Shown in pieces: positions 1 through 9,222 of a DNA stretch of 49,893 bases. The position numbers were made by a program, and so were the translations under genes. The stretch's first letter is position 1. Each line of letters begins with the position of its first letter. The notes beneath the pieces were generated by a model. The model saw nothing but the letters and a program-made list of their open reading frames with translations. It was not told the DNA's origin and made no database searches. Source of the DNA: Oligoflexales bacterium (lineage in GTDB: Bacteria > Bdellovibrionota_B > Oligoflexia > Oligoflexales > Bog-1112); NCBI GenBank assembly GCA_045105515.1, contig JBGCDR010000191.1:1-49893 (forward strand), written 5' to 3'.

Positions 1-176
1 TGAAGATAGAGCATGCAATAGGAGGTATTAAAATATTCAACGCAGCTTCTTCAAAGTTAAGAGTCAGAATTGATAAGCTTCGTGATGAAATAGGTTACGC
101 AGCAGCAGGTCTTTGGAACTATAAAATAACATAAATTAAGATACCAAAGGGTTTTATCAATTGTTAGACAACTCTA
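1..176 (+). mobile_element. Right end of an IS5-family-like (ISL2/IS702-type, DDE_Tnp_4) insertion sequence
   Basis: A transposase-like C-terminus ends at 134 and is followed about 40 bp later by ...TTGTTAGACAACTCTA (161-176), resembling the ...TCTA ends of this IS group. The left end lies outside the window, so the IR pair and target duplication cannot be confirmed. Confidence 0.6.
3..134 (+). CDS. DDE transposase C-terminal fragment (5'-truncated by window edge)
   Basis: Frame 3 reads KIEHAIGGIKIFNAASSKLRVRIDKLRDEIGYAAAGLWNYKIT*. It matches the (R)xxxEHxIGxxKxF...R...GLxN pattern of IS5/DDE_Tnp_4 transposases. Not in the ORF track. Confidence 0.7.
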   Translation, partial: KIEHAIGGIKIFNAASSKLRVRIDKLRDEIGYAAAGLWNYKIT

Positions 177-937
177 TTTTCTTGCACCCATTCAGTCCAA
201 CTTTTAGTGCTTGGTGGGGTTTTTACTGTCAAGATAGAAGATGAGCTTGATCCTGAGGGAGTATATGGAACTATTTCCCTATTTGTTTCCTCTGTTTTAG
301 TACTGTGCGACCCAGAGTCCTTTGAACTTTTAGTTGGAGATGAGAATACTGGAGCAGTATTCTTAGCAGCAGGAGGAGGAATAACTTTAGCCTTATTTAT
401 AACCGGGTAATTAAATTCAGAGCCAATATTTTTATATACGGGATTTTCTAAGGATTTTATCCTACCAAACAAAATCCCTGCTAATCCAACTCCAGCCACC
501 ATCGATACTCCAGTAATAATTACAGGAATCGAATTATCCTCATGGGATAATTTTAAGCCATTTTCATTTGATAGCCTTTTTCCCTCTGACCATAATTCTG
601 GAGGAAGGACAACATGGATTTTAGAGAACTCTGACCAATCCGAAAATGATTCGTACTGAGTATCAACAAAAACGCTTCTTTCCTGATTTTCCAAAGAAAC
701 ATATTTTAGATGCCGATAGGTTCCAGGCTGTGGAGATGTGTCAGGTACAATACCAAAGTAAACAACAGCTGTCTTAGGATCTTTGATGGGAACAGGAGAT
801 TTTGAATAGGAATATTTCTCTTGCTCAGCGCGCGATTCTACTTTTACTGGCTTATCTAAGCCTTGAGACTTAGGTTTACATGCAAAAATTATACATAAAG
901 CTGTATAAACAAGAAATCCTCGGTAAGATATCATCAA
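164..937 (-). pseudogene. Lipoprotein of unknown function, probably truncated at its 3' end by the IS
   Basis: It has a signal peptide with lipobox (IIFA-C), an internal hydrophobic helix (IPVIITGVSMVAGVGLAGILF) and an S/T/P-rich linker. The last codons (RVV*) lie within the putative IS end. Confidence 0.55.
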
Positions 938-972
938 GTTTTTATTCCTTCTGCAGTTTTATTGCACTGCCC

Positions 973-999
973 GGATCGGCATAATCCAAAAAAATTTTA
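973..999 (-). promoter_or_regulatory. sigma28 (FliA)-type promoter
   Basis: Minus strand reads TAAA-atttttttggattat(15)-GCCGATCC, about 35 nt upstream of the 937 start. Consensus is TAAA-N15-GCCGATAA. Confidence 0.65.
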
Positions 1000-1136
1000 G
1001 TTTAAAAGCTTATCACTCTTGTTAGCAAAAGGTATATCGTCATAATTACAAAAAAAATTAACAATTTTGCCGATTTAAGTCGATAGGGTATCGATGATGT
1101 AGAAAACTGCTTTCTACCAAGCAAAAGTAGGAGTAA

Positions 1137-1409
1137 ATGCTGTCAAAGTTAAAAAATAAGATTGAAGAACAAATCCTTCAATTGAAGGCAGATTTACCGA
1201 AACCTGACATCCTAAATGAACAAGAAAAGTTTAAGCTAATAAGAGATATTGGTGGACCAAGAACTGTGATCAGTATTTTAAAAGCTAAAAAAGAATTTCC
1301 TTTAAGTAGGATCCCATTTTTGTTCAACTCTTTGGACACTAAGTTAGTAATAAATGTCTTAGCCAATGAATGGGATGATATTCTAGGAATTTACGACAAA
1401 TCCAACTAA
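1137..1409 (+). CDS. Hypothetical protein (90 aa)
   Basis: ATG preceded by a good RBS (AGGAG); no recognisable motif. Confidence 0.55.
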   Translation: MLSKLKNKIEEQILQLKADLPKPDILNEQEKFKLIRDIGGPRTVISILKAKKEFPLSRIPFLFNSLDTKLVINVLANEWDDILGIYDKSN

Positions 1410-1606
1410 TTGAATGAATAAGAACCATAAAATCGATGCCACCTGGTTCGCTAACGCCGCCAATAAAGAATACAAACCTAGCTACATGATCATTGACAAC
1501 ATACCAGCTTGAATTTATGTTCCAAAAGTGCACTTTTTTCTCAAAAGAACGCCGAATTATGAACTTTTAAGACCCATATCTAGTGTAGCAAATAAGGGGA
1601 AACCAG

Positions 1607-1861
1607 TTGGATGGACTTTCTGCAGTCGTAATGATGGTTGCTATCATTTTTATATCTCCAGTGCTGGCAATTTATGTTGTTATGTCTTTTTTAACTAGAA
1701 AAAGCAAAATAAAGCGACTAAGCGAATGTGATGAACAGAAAATTGGACAGTTGACTTTAAGCACTCAAAGCTTAGCTAAGCGCTTATCATCATTAGAAAC
1801 AATTTTAGAAAATGAGGTTCCTGATTGGCGAAATCGTTTACCCAAGTCACCGGCAAAGTAA
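1607..1861 (+). CDS. pspB: Phage shock protein B
   Basis: N-terminal TM helix, then LS..DEQK..QL...Q.L..RL..LETILENEVPDWR, matching the PspB tail (LE.ILD.E.P.WR). TTG start with a GGGGA RBS. Confidence 0.85.
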   Translation: MDGLSAVVMMVAIIFISPVLAIYVVMSFLTRKSKIKRLSECDEQKIGQLTLSTQSLAKRLSSLETILENEVPDWRNRLPKSPAK

Positions 1862-1875
1862 CAAGTCAAGCATGC

Positions 1876-2217
1876 ATGGATTTCTATAGGGAACCAAATA
1901 AAGCAATCTTATCAGGAGTCTGTTCTGGAATAGCATCCGCGCTAGATCAACCCTCTTGGATGGTACGTAGTGTGTTCTTTTTCCTGTTACTGATTACAGG
2001 AATGATACCCATGACTATTTTTTACCTGCTGTTGACTATAGTTTTGGAAAAAAAACCTCTCTCCCTAGAAATAGATGATTCTCTATACGAAGTAGGGAAA
2101 AATCGAATTGTAGAGCTGGAATCGCAGCTCAAGAAATTTAAGCACCGAGTGAGTGATCTAGAATATTTTATGTTGTCTGATGATTTCAATGCCCATATTT
2201 TCAATGAACCACACTAA
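1876..2217 (+). CDS. pspC: Phage shock protein C
   Basis: PspC domain YREPNKAILSGVCSGIA...WMVR, a TM segment and the C-terminal RV.DLEYF..SD.F motif. Start moved to ATG 1876. Confidence 0.85.
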   Translation: MDFYREPNKAILSGVCSGIASALDQPSWMVRSVFFFLLLITGMIPMTIFYLLLTIVLEKKPLSLEIDDSLYEVGKNRIVELESQLKKFKHRVSDLEYFMLSDDFNAHIFNEPH

Positions 2218-2244
2218 GAGAGCGAATTTATACTGTATTGGCAA

Positions 2245-2634
2245 TTATTTATTATCTTGCCCAAAGGAAAGTAGGTGTCCATCAGGGTCATGGAGGCTAA
2301 ACTCTTTCATTCCATAAAAGGTTGTATGCAATTCGCTAACTTTAATTCCAATTTTTTTATAATGTTCATAGAGAGTTTCAACATTATTGGGATAAAAATA
2401 TAAACAGCAAGAAAAATAGTGCTCACTCTCACTAATACGTTTCTGAGGTCTCATGTGCCCGAATTTAGTTTGAGATAACATGACCTGGACTTGATCCTTT
2501 TTAAGGTTACACCAGCACCATTCTTCTATTTTTTCTACTGGAGAGCAGATTTCAAAGCCTAATTGAACATAAAATTTATGTGCAATCCTAATATCTTCTA
2601 CCGCAAGCATTGGAACTAGCATTTTTAATTTCAT
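2245..2634 (-). CDS. VOC/glyoxalase/bleomycin-resistance family protein
   Basis: LVPMLAVEDI...FY..LGF and TFYGMKEFSLHDPDGHLLSFGQ motifs. Start set at ATG 2634 (RBS AGGG). Confidence 0.9.
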   Translation of the reverse strand: MKLKMLVPMLAVEDIRIAHKFYVQLGFEICSPVEKIEEWCWCNLKKDQVQVMLSQTKFGHMRPQKRISESEHYFSCCLYFYPNNVETLYEHYKKIGIKVSELHTTFYGMKEFSLHDPDGHLLSFGQDNK

Positions 2635-2699
2635 TTTTTCCCTTTCGACGCAAGCCACTATTATATTATTTGTATTTAGAATTTGGATTTACAGTGTCC

Positions 2700-3674
2700 T
2701 CACTTTGCCAGAAAGTACCAAGAATCTTCCTCCCAAGAGAATATGCTGGCATTAAAATAGTCATCCGCTTGTAAAGTTGAAATCCATAGTTTCCTGTTAT
2801 TATCAACAAAGATATTAGATATTTCTTTCAACTGCCTAGAGACTCCAAATGAAGATTTTTTAGTTATATGCATGCATGAGTTATAGCGAAATACCTCTAC
2901 ACTATGCTTGTCCTTACGCCCAAGCAATATGAGTCTAGCTGAAGGTACAGTGGTAACCCCAGAAATCAATGCTTTTTCAAATTTCGCCCCTTCAACCACA
3001 CAAGCACGATAAAACGAACACTGACTCGGATTGTCCGGATTACAACCAAGAACTAAGATAGGAAAACCTTTGATCCGACTTGCGACAAAATAAAGGTTTT
3101 TAGGAGAATTCATCCATTGTTTAGGAACTTTAGTAATCCCCGTAAACTTATCTCTACCACTCAGTGAGAAATTTTTCTTGAACCTTCTGCGAAGATCGGA
3201 TATTTCCCATTCGGGTGCTTCTCCCCCGCGATCGCGTGGCGGTCTGACAAGATCGTAAGGGATCGAATGTCTACTAATGAGTGTATTTTTTGGTGAAAAG
3301 AAATAGACCTCATTGTCATTACCATTTAGGATTAGATAATGATTTTTGTGAAACATGCTAATTAAGTTCATTTTCGAAATTTTAAGATCATCTATCGGTG
3401 TTTTTTTACTCGCAGAAAAAGGCTTCACTTCATTTTTTGGTTTTTGAAGATTGCTAGTAATCAAAAACTTTGATTCACCACCAATATATCTAAGAAAATG
3501 GCCATCTATACTAAAGCTTCTGATCTTTCTAAGCATTCCTTCATAAGAATCTTTTTTTGTGGGAGCAGGTATATTCTTCCTAGATTCAGCTTTCGACAAA
3601 TCATTTGAATTGCCATATAAATAAGTAAAAAAAATAAAAACCAAACCAATATTAACGGAACTTGAAGCAAGCAT
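2700..3674 (-). CDS. Hypothetical exported protein (beta-rich, several Cys)
   Basis: 324-aa ORF with a hydrophobic N-terminus; no family recognised. Confidence 0.7.
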   Translation of the reverse strand: MLASSSVNIGLVFIFFTYLYGNSNDLSKAESRKNIPAPTKKDSYEGMLRKIRSFSIDGHFLRYIGGESKFLITSNLQKPKNEVKPFSASKKTPIDDLKISKMNLISMFHKNHYLILNGNDNEVYFFSPKNTLISRHSIPYDLVRPPRDRGGEAPEWEISDLRRRFKKNFSLSGRDKFTGITKVPKQWMNSPKNLYFVASRIKGFPILVLGCNPDNPSQCSFYRACVVEGAKFEKALISGVTTVPSARLILLGRKDKHSVEVFRYNSCMHITKKSSFGVSRQLKEISNIFVDNNRKLWISTLQADDYFNASIFSWEEDSWYFLAK

Positions 3675-3767
3675 TTTTGACCTAACTAAAGATAATCTAG
3701 ATGTATGTTAATATGATATTACCAAATATAGTGTATAAAATCTAAATGAATTTCGGAAAGAACTGCA

Positions 3768-6284
3768 TTGCAAAACCCTATCGAATTGTACCTTAATGCT
3801 ACAAACAAAGAATCGAGAAAAACTGTATTGCAGCAGATCAAAGCAGAAAGTAAGTTCTTTCCTATCGAATTATCAGAAGATTTGTTATGCATGAATTTGG
3901 ATACAGATGAAAAAATTTCAATCCTAGATTTGACTAACAGCCAGGATCTTTTAGCATTTGAAGACTTTATAACATTAGGTTCTCGCTATTGGGATCAAAA
4001 CCTATCAGCTTTTGCACTTAGAAAATGGGTTACTTCTACAGATCACCTCTTATGGTACAGAATCCTAAGTAGTCTAAAACTGACTCATCTTTCCCAGCGA
4101 ATAAAATACACTATTTTAGATCTTATTCCTTATATGCCTGGCAAAGAATTATTGGATCAAATGACCACAAGTGAGGGTCTTGAGGAACTGTCACCGGCTT
4201 TTCATGCTCTGCTAATCAATAGATGTATGCAATGGGGCTTATTCTATAAGCGTGTTGATGCAATTGCCCTAAATTGTATCAAAGCACTTAAAGATGAGCT
4301 ATGGCCAAACCACAAAGCTATGATCCCTGCACTAGCTTGGTTAGCTAAGTATCATTGTGACGATCTGGAAAAACTTCTGCTAGAGCATTGGGTACCAGAC
4401 GCTTGGAAAGATCAGATTAAAGCACTGCTACTCTATCCTTCAATTGGTAAGAAAGAAATTCAAAAAATTGAAAAGTCATTAAAAAAACAAAATACAGATA
4501 GTTTTTGGCTAAACTTCAACATTCATTGGCCTCCACTATGGAGAAGAGAGTCATTAAAAGTAGATACGATCAAAACTGCCCTCAACGCTACCATTAATTA
4601 TAAAATCAAGCACAATGTTGCTGACGAAAATCATTGGCAACTTTATACAGGAATCCTTCAAAACGAGCTACTAGAAGCCGTTCTTGGTCTCGAAGATCCG
4701 ATTCACTTTGCCCATGCTTTGAATTCACTTAAGAGCCTTTTACCCTTTCCTCTTAGCCCGGAACTAATTGAAGGAGCTAAAAAACATTTATCCCAAGTAT
4801 CGTCTCCACATGATTTTTTGAGTACCATTCCAATGCGCTTTAGGCTTGCTTTACATGCAGAGGAAGCTGATAAATCAAGTGCAACTTGGTTAAGAATTTC
4901 AAAGTTATTGGACGAAGAAAAGCTTTTCATATCTAAAAATTATCCTTTTAATTCAAAATACATTGATTATAAATCAGACTTTCATTTGGAATCTCAAGAA
5001 AAAAGTCTCGGAGTGAGGCTTCGCCAAGAATTTTTTCGCATATCATATCGGAATGAAAAGATTGCATTAACCAAAAAAAATTCCGAACAATTTTGGTCGC
5101 TTTTAGCATACAATTGGCTTGAACCAAATGTTGATGATTTAAGTAATTTATCAACCCTAGCTCGAAAAGAACCACGTCTTTACCATATTTGCTATATCCA
5201 CACCCTAGCCAGATTTAAGGGTAAAGATGTGGCTGCTCTCAAACTACTGGACTATATAAGAACCTCAGATCAGAATGAATTACTCGAAGTTGTAAATGCT
5301 TTAGGAGGAATTGGTACTCCAAGAGCATTACAAGAACTTGTCTCTTGTATCACTAGACCCAATGTCCAAACTGCAATGCAACTAGAAATATGTCAGATAT
5401 TAAAAACTAAAGATCTATCTAGCCTTCAAGCTGAGCTAAGGAGTGCACTAGACGACCTAAGATTTAAGCAAAAAGAGTTCGAACAGGATGGCGGAATAGA
5501 AGGCTTAAGAGAGGTCTGTGAAGCCCTTTCGTTTCTAATAACAACCAATAGTAGCACATCCGAGGCACCCATCAATACAACTGAACAAAGCAGTGCTGGA
5601 GTAGACCTGGACCAAACCTTATCAGGTAAAATTCCTCACTATGCCGAGCTTTCTACTGAGGTTAGACGAGCCCTTAGGACAGCTCAATTTTTTTACGATC
5701 AGGTAGAAAGTGGTAAGACTGCACATGCAATTGATTTAAGCCCAGTGATAGACATGCAGTACAAAGCCCTAGAACTAGTTTTCCGTGAGGCATTTGAAGA
5801 GTTTTGCTTCAAAATTATTAATCAGGGGGTTTTACAGAGGAAGTTAGACGTTATTGGCTACTCACGTCCAATACCCAAGGCCATGGAAGAGTTTGAAAAT
5901 TACATAGGTTCGTTGCCGGTAATAAAGGATATTCCTTATTTCAGTAAGTTTAAGCTTAGAAAAATGTTGAGAGCAATATGCCAATACCGACCAGGTAGAC
6001 GTTTCACTTTAGATGGTATCAAAGCATTTGCGCTATTTTTCCTATGTTTTGGCCGCAAAAAATGCCAGTTTGGATTAGCAAATGTTATCAAACTACCCTT
6101 TGAAAATGAACATGAGCTTTATCAATTCTGTAAAGTAATGCATGTTTTTCAAGATTTTAGAAACAGGGCAGCTCATGAAGGATTCAGGCCCGAAGCTCGT
6201 AATGATATGGAAGGTATCTGGAAAAATACTGCTCAAATTATTGAAACTGTATTCATCATTAAAGATCCACTTGTAAAATCTTAG
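3768..6284 (+). CDS. Large alpha-helical (HEAT/ARM-like) protein with C-terminal HEPN-like domain
   Basis: 838 aa and Leu-rich. HEAT-like segment ELLEVVNALGGIGTPRALQELV. The C-terminal domain has DLSPVIDMQYKALE and RNRAAH (RxxxxH, 6159-6176). Confidence 0.6.
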   Translation: MQNPIELYLNATNKESRKTVLQQIKAESKFFPIELSEDLLCMNLDTDEKISILDLTNSQDLLAFEDFITLGSRYWDQNLSAFALRKWVTSTDHLLWYRILSSLKLTHLSQRIKYTILDLIPYMPGKELLDQMTTSEGLEELSPAFHALLINRCMQWGLFYKRVDAIALNCIKALKDELWPNHKAMIPALAWLAKYHCDDLEKLLLEHWVPDAWKDQIKALLLYPSIGKKEIQKIEKSLKKQNTDSFWLNFNIHWPPLWRRESLKVDTIKTALNATINYKIKHNVADENHWQLYTGILQNELLEAVLGLEDPIHFAHALNSLKSLLPFPLSPELIEGAKKHLSQVSSPHDFLSTIPMRFRLALHAEEADKSSATWLRISKLLDEEKLFISKNYPFNSKYIDYKSDFHLESQEKSLGVRLRQEFFRISYRNEKIALTKKNSEQFWSLLAYNWLEPNVDDLSNLSTLARKEPRLYHICYIHTLARFKGKDVAALKLLDYIRTSDQNELLEVVNALGGIGTPRALQELVSCITRPNVQTAMQLEICQILKTKDLSSLQAELRSALDDLRFKQKEFEQDGGIEGLREVCEALSFLITTNSSTSEAPINTTEQSSAGVDLDQTLSGKIPHYAELSTEVRRALRTAQFFYDQVESGKTAHAIDLSPVIDMQYKALELVFREAFEEFCFKIINQGVLQRKLDVIGYSRPIPKAMEEFENYIGSLPVIKDIPYFSKFKLRKMLRAICQYRPGRRFTLDGIKAFALFFLCFGRKKCQFGLANVIKLPFENEHELYQFCKVMHVFQDFRNRAAHEGFRPEARNDMEGIWKNTAQIIETVFIIKDPLVKS

Positions 6285-9022
6285 GCAGATAGAGGTAAAT
6301 CAGGATTGATCATGCGCTTAACAGTTGCCTGATTAGCTATTTTGATTGCAACATCTTTGCTCGCATAATTGATCAACTTAATATGTGGAAAAGATCTCAC
6401 CTTAACATTAAGTTCTTCAAGATTGAGAATTGGCAACATTGCCTTAGAAAACAACCTCAAATCCTCCTTAGCTTCGGCTGTCAATAAGATAGCATTCATT
6501 CCAATTTGTTCATGCACCCTTGCTATTTTGCTGATCTCCTGTAATTTCCCCACAAGATTAACATTTTCTCCGACAACAGTATAGTCGATGCTTTGATCCG
6601 AAGAAAGGTTTCCCACCACCACATTACCTGTGTGGATCGCTATGCTAAATTTCAATTGGGGAGATTCAGGATGAGCCTCACTTAAGCGTTCAGACTCACG
6701 CACAAGAAGTCCAGCAAAGTGCAAAGCTAGGTCGGTATGACTAACCTCTGGACGCGGAGAGGCATTTTCCTCAATAAACATGAAGATACAGTCGCCGATT
6801 AGTTTGACTTGAGCTATCTGCTGAGCAGCATCCACCACATTTTTATAATATATACGGAGAGTATCCATCATTTTTGAAGATCCATGATCCTCAGTATTTC
6901 GCTCAAATCCTCGGATATCTGCCTGCAACATTGCAACTGGACTGGTATGAGGTATCAGCGCTTCATCGAGGTTTTCTGTCATACTTCTGCTAGGATTAAA
7001 TTTGTTGAGTACGACATTTGCCAAAAATTTTCCAGCCGTTTCCTTTTGCGCTGCTTCATTAATTTGGAAATAATCTTTTAGTTTACGTTTGGTTATTGTT
7101 TCAACTCGAATCCAGTTTATAGAAAGCTCATGTTGAAGAATATTAATCATTCTTGGTATAAATGATTCTTCGAATGAATCATAAACAAGATGCAAATCAA
7201 CTGTTCCTAAACGATTACCTTCGACATAAATTGCAAGCTTCGAATTAATGGTTAGTTCACCATTAATATCTTTCTTTGGTAATTTTTTCATTGTTGTCAT
7301 CACAGTAGAGAAAGCTTGATGACCTGAAAATTGACTAGGAGCAGAGAAAAGGGCCTTATCAATATCTGGCTCTTCAGAGAGCAATTTTCGGAGGTAATCT
7401 TTTGCTAGTTCAGTATCAGTAGCAGCTTCATACAAGTCTTCGTCAAAGCCGAGAAAGAAAATTTTGAAAACCTTAAACTCTGCAGCACAAACTGTTTGGG
7501 TACCCATTTTAAGATCTTCAAGATCAATAGACTGGCACAGACGTGCCCTCAATCGCGCAGCAAAACGTTCCAAACGCATATTGATGTAAGTGTTCATAAA
7601 AACCATAAAAACGAAACATCCACTAGTAGAAACTAACGAGAATATCAATGGCTGAATCGGAATCATAAATTCATGATTATGGCTTAATTGAAGGATCGAG
7701 AATACGCTTATTCCAACAAATATTAAGACATTGAATAAGAAAATATGACTTAAATTTGCTATAAAGAACAAGACAATTAAAATCAAAGCAATTACAAGGG
7801 ATAACCATGAAAAGGTGCTATATGCAGACAATGGCATGCGTCTAATGGATAAATCGTTTAAAAATTCATCTACTGAGCGTGCTAAATCTTGATAATTCAT
7901 ATCGATGTAAGGACTTTCTGCATTCCTTGCTGAGTCATAATTCTCATCAGTCAGTATAATGATCTTCCCGGCCATAATCCTCTTGAGGGGGATGCTTGAA
8001 AACTTTGGATGGTCTTCCCAGGACAAAATATCAGCTAGCTCATAACTCCTTATTTCTCTCTCTTCAAGAAAATCACGAGTTTTTACGGAAGGTGTCGCAA
8101 AACAATGCATTGGTGCTAAGCCTATCTTTCCTTTAAATGCCTTACGACTTTCCCCAGGTCGAGGCCACTTTGCACCTCTCCAGGTGGTAAAACTTCTCGT
8201 AGAATGCAATGCTGTAGCCCAAATAAGCGAACTAGGTAAAACTCCTGCATCATTGTCAATACTATGGTACGGGTAGTAACAATTCTCAGAGCCTTGAGCT
8301 GCAAAATAAGGCCTTGGACCAAACGCTTTTGCGGCTTTCAAATATTGAGAATTTTCCAAAACACTCAAATCTATGAGACTTGCAGATTGGCTCAAATTTT
8401 CTTCTTTAGACAACATAACCCCAGGGATTAATTCTTCTTCTTCAAACTCACTAAGCACTGGCTTCGTCTCGTCTGGATGAATCGAAAGACCTGAGCTTAC
8501 GTAATTACGGTATGATTTTACTGACATTGCCCATCTTTTATCTTCTTCTAACTGGTTTTTGTACAGCATGAGCTGTTTGCGGTCAGTCTTAGAGTCACCT
8601 AACAATGGTTTAGCAATAGAATCAAAATTTATGAGCGATAAAACATGAGGGTTTCCATTTTCTTCAAGTTTTGTCAATAAATTTTGAAAATAAATCCTGG
8701 GTATTTCTCTTCCATATTGCTCATAACTTTTATTTCCGACTTTTATGATTACAACTCGAGATCTCTTTTCATCTCTATTATTTGAAAGTGGATCACCTGG
8801 AACTTTAGGGGGTTTTTGAAAACCTAATGAATATTGATAGAATTTTTCAGCCAACCCTTCCCATGTGTCATAAGAAAAAATCGGAACAATAGTTTGGCAA
8901 AGTATTGCAGGCAATAACACCGACAACATAAAGACTGAACGGAACATAAGGTTTTTCTTAAACTGCATCCTTTGCATAGCCTTTAAAGTTTCATACTGTT
9001 GGTTGATCCCTGCGTTCTGCAT
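6281..9022 (-). CDS. Membrane class III adenylate/guanylate cyclase (CHASE2-like sensor, 3 TM, GAF-like linker)
   Basis: Cyclase motifs ADIRGF, KLIGDC, IHTGNVVVGN and DYTVVGENVN. N-terminal TM, RVVIIKV..S...G..IPR and GKIIIL (CHASE2-like), then three TM helices. Exact start uncertain. Confidence 0.85.
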   Translation of the reverse strand: MQNAGINQQYETLKAMQRMQFKKNLMFRSVFMLSVLLPAILCQTIVPIFSYDTWEGLAEKFYQYSLGFQKPPKVPGDPLSNNRDEKRSRVVIIKVGNKSYEQYGREIPRIYFQNLLTKLEENGNPHVLSLINFDSIAKPLLGDSKTDRKQLMLYKNQLEEDKRWAMSVKSYRNYVSSGLSIHPDETKPVLSEFEEEELIPGVMLSKEENLSQSASLIDLSVLENSQYLKAAKAFGPRPYFAAQGSENCYYPYHSIDNDAGVLPSSLIWATALHSTRSFTTWRGAKWPRPGESRKAFKGKIGLAPMHCFATPSVKTRDFLEEREIRSYELADILSWEDHPKFSSIPLKRIMAGKIIILTDENYDSARNAESPYIDMNYQDLARSVDEFLNDLSIRRMPLSAYSTFSWLSLVIALILIVLFFIANLSHIFLFNVLIFVGISVFSILQLSHNHEFMIPIQPLIFSLVSTSGCFVFMVFMNTYINMRLERFAARLRARLCQSIDLEDLKMGTQTVCAAEFKVFKIFFLGFDEDLYEAATDTELAKDYLRKLLSEEPDIDKALFSAPSQFSGHQAFSTVMTTMKKLPKKDINGELTINSKLAIYVEGNRLGTVDLHLVYDSFEESFIPRMINILQHELSINWIRVETITKRKLKDYFQINEAAQKETAGKFLANVVLNKFNPSRSMTENLDEALIPHTSPVAMLQADIRGFERNTEDHGSSKMMDTLRIYYKNVVDAAQQIAQVKLIGDCIFMFIEENASPRPEVSHTDLALHFAGLLVRESERLSEAHPESPQLKFSIAIHTGNVVVGNLSSDQSIDYTVVGENVNLVGKLQEISKIARVHEQIGMNAILLTAEAKEDLRLFSKAMLPILNLEELNVKVRSFPHIKLINYASKDVAIKIANQATVKRMINPDLPLSA

Positions 9023-9161
9023 ATCGGTCGAAATTTGAAAACTATAAATAAAGTAATTCTCGATGATTCAAACCTAATTTTTTTTAGCTATCAAGTATCT
9101 ATAATAGTAATTAAAAGTAGCGAATTTATGTAAAATATAAAATATTTTTTTATATTTTATC

Positions 9162-9188
9162 TAAATATTTTTGTTTCAAAACCGAAAT
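9162..9188 (+). promoter_or_regulatory. sigma28-like promoter of the C25 protease gene
   Basis: TAAA-N15-ACCGAAAT, 34 nt before the ATG at 9223. Confidence 0.45.
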
Positions 9189-9222
9189 TTTTCAAGTCTA
9201 TTAATGAATAAAGGATCACAAT

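Noticed and set aside
1069..1097. Three phased CGAT motifs upstream of the 1137 ORF as extra sigma28 promoters
   Set aside because: The -10-like boxes (GCCGATTT, GTCGATAG) lack a properly spaced TAAA; too weak to call.
1414..1512. 32-aa small ORF (MNKNHKIDATWF...) or a decayed continuation of the 1137-1409 gene
   Set aside because: No clear RBS or motif; it cannot be distinguished from chance.
6281..9022. Calling the cyclase a Pycsar/CBASS defence cyclase
   Set aside because: It has a membrane CHASE2-like sensor architecture and ATP-type specificity residues, with no co-oriented cNMP-binding effector.
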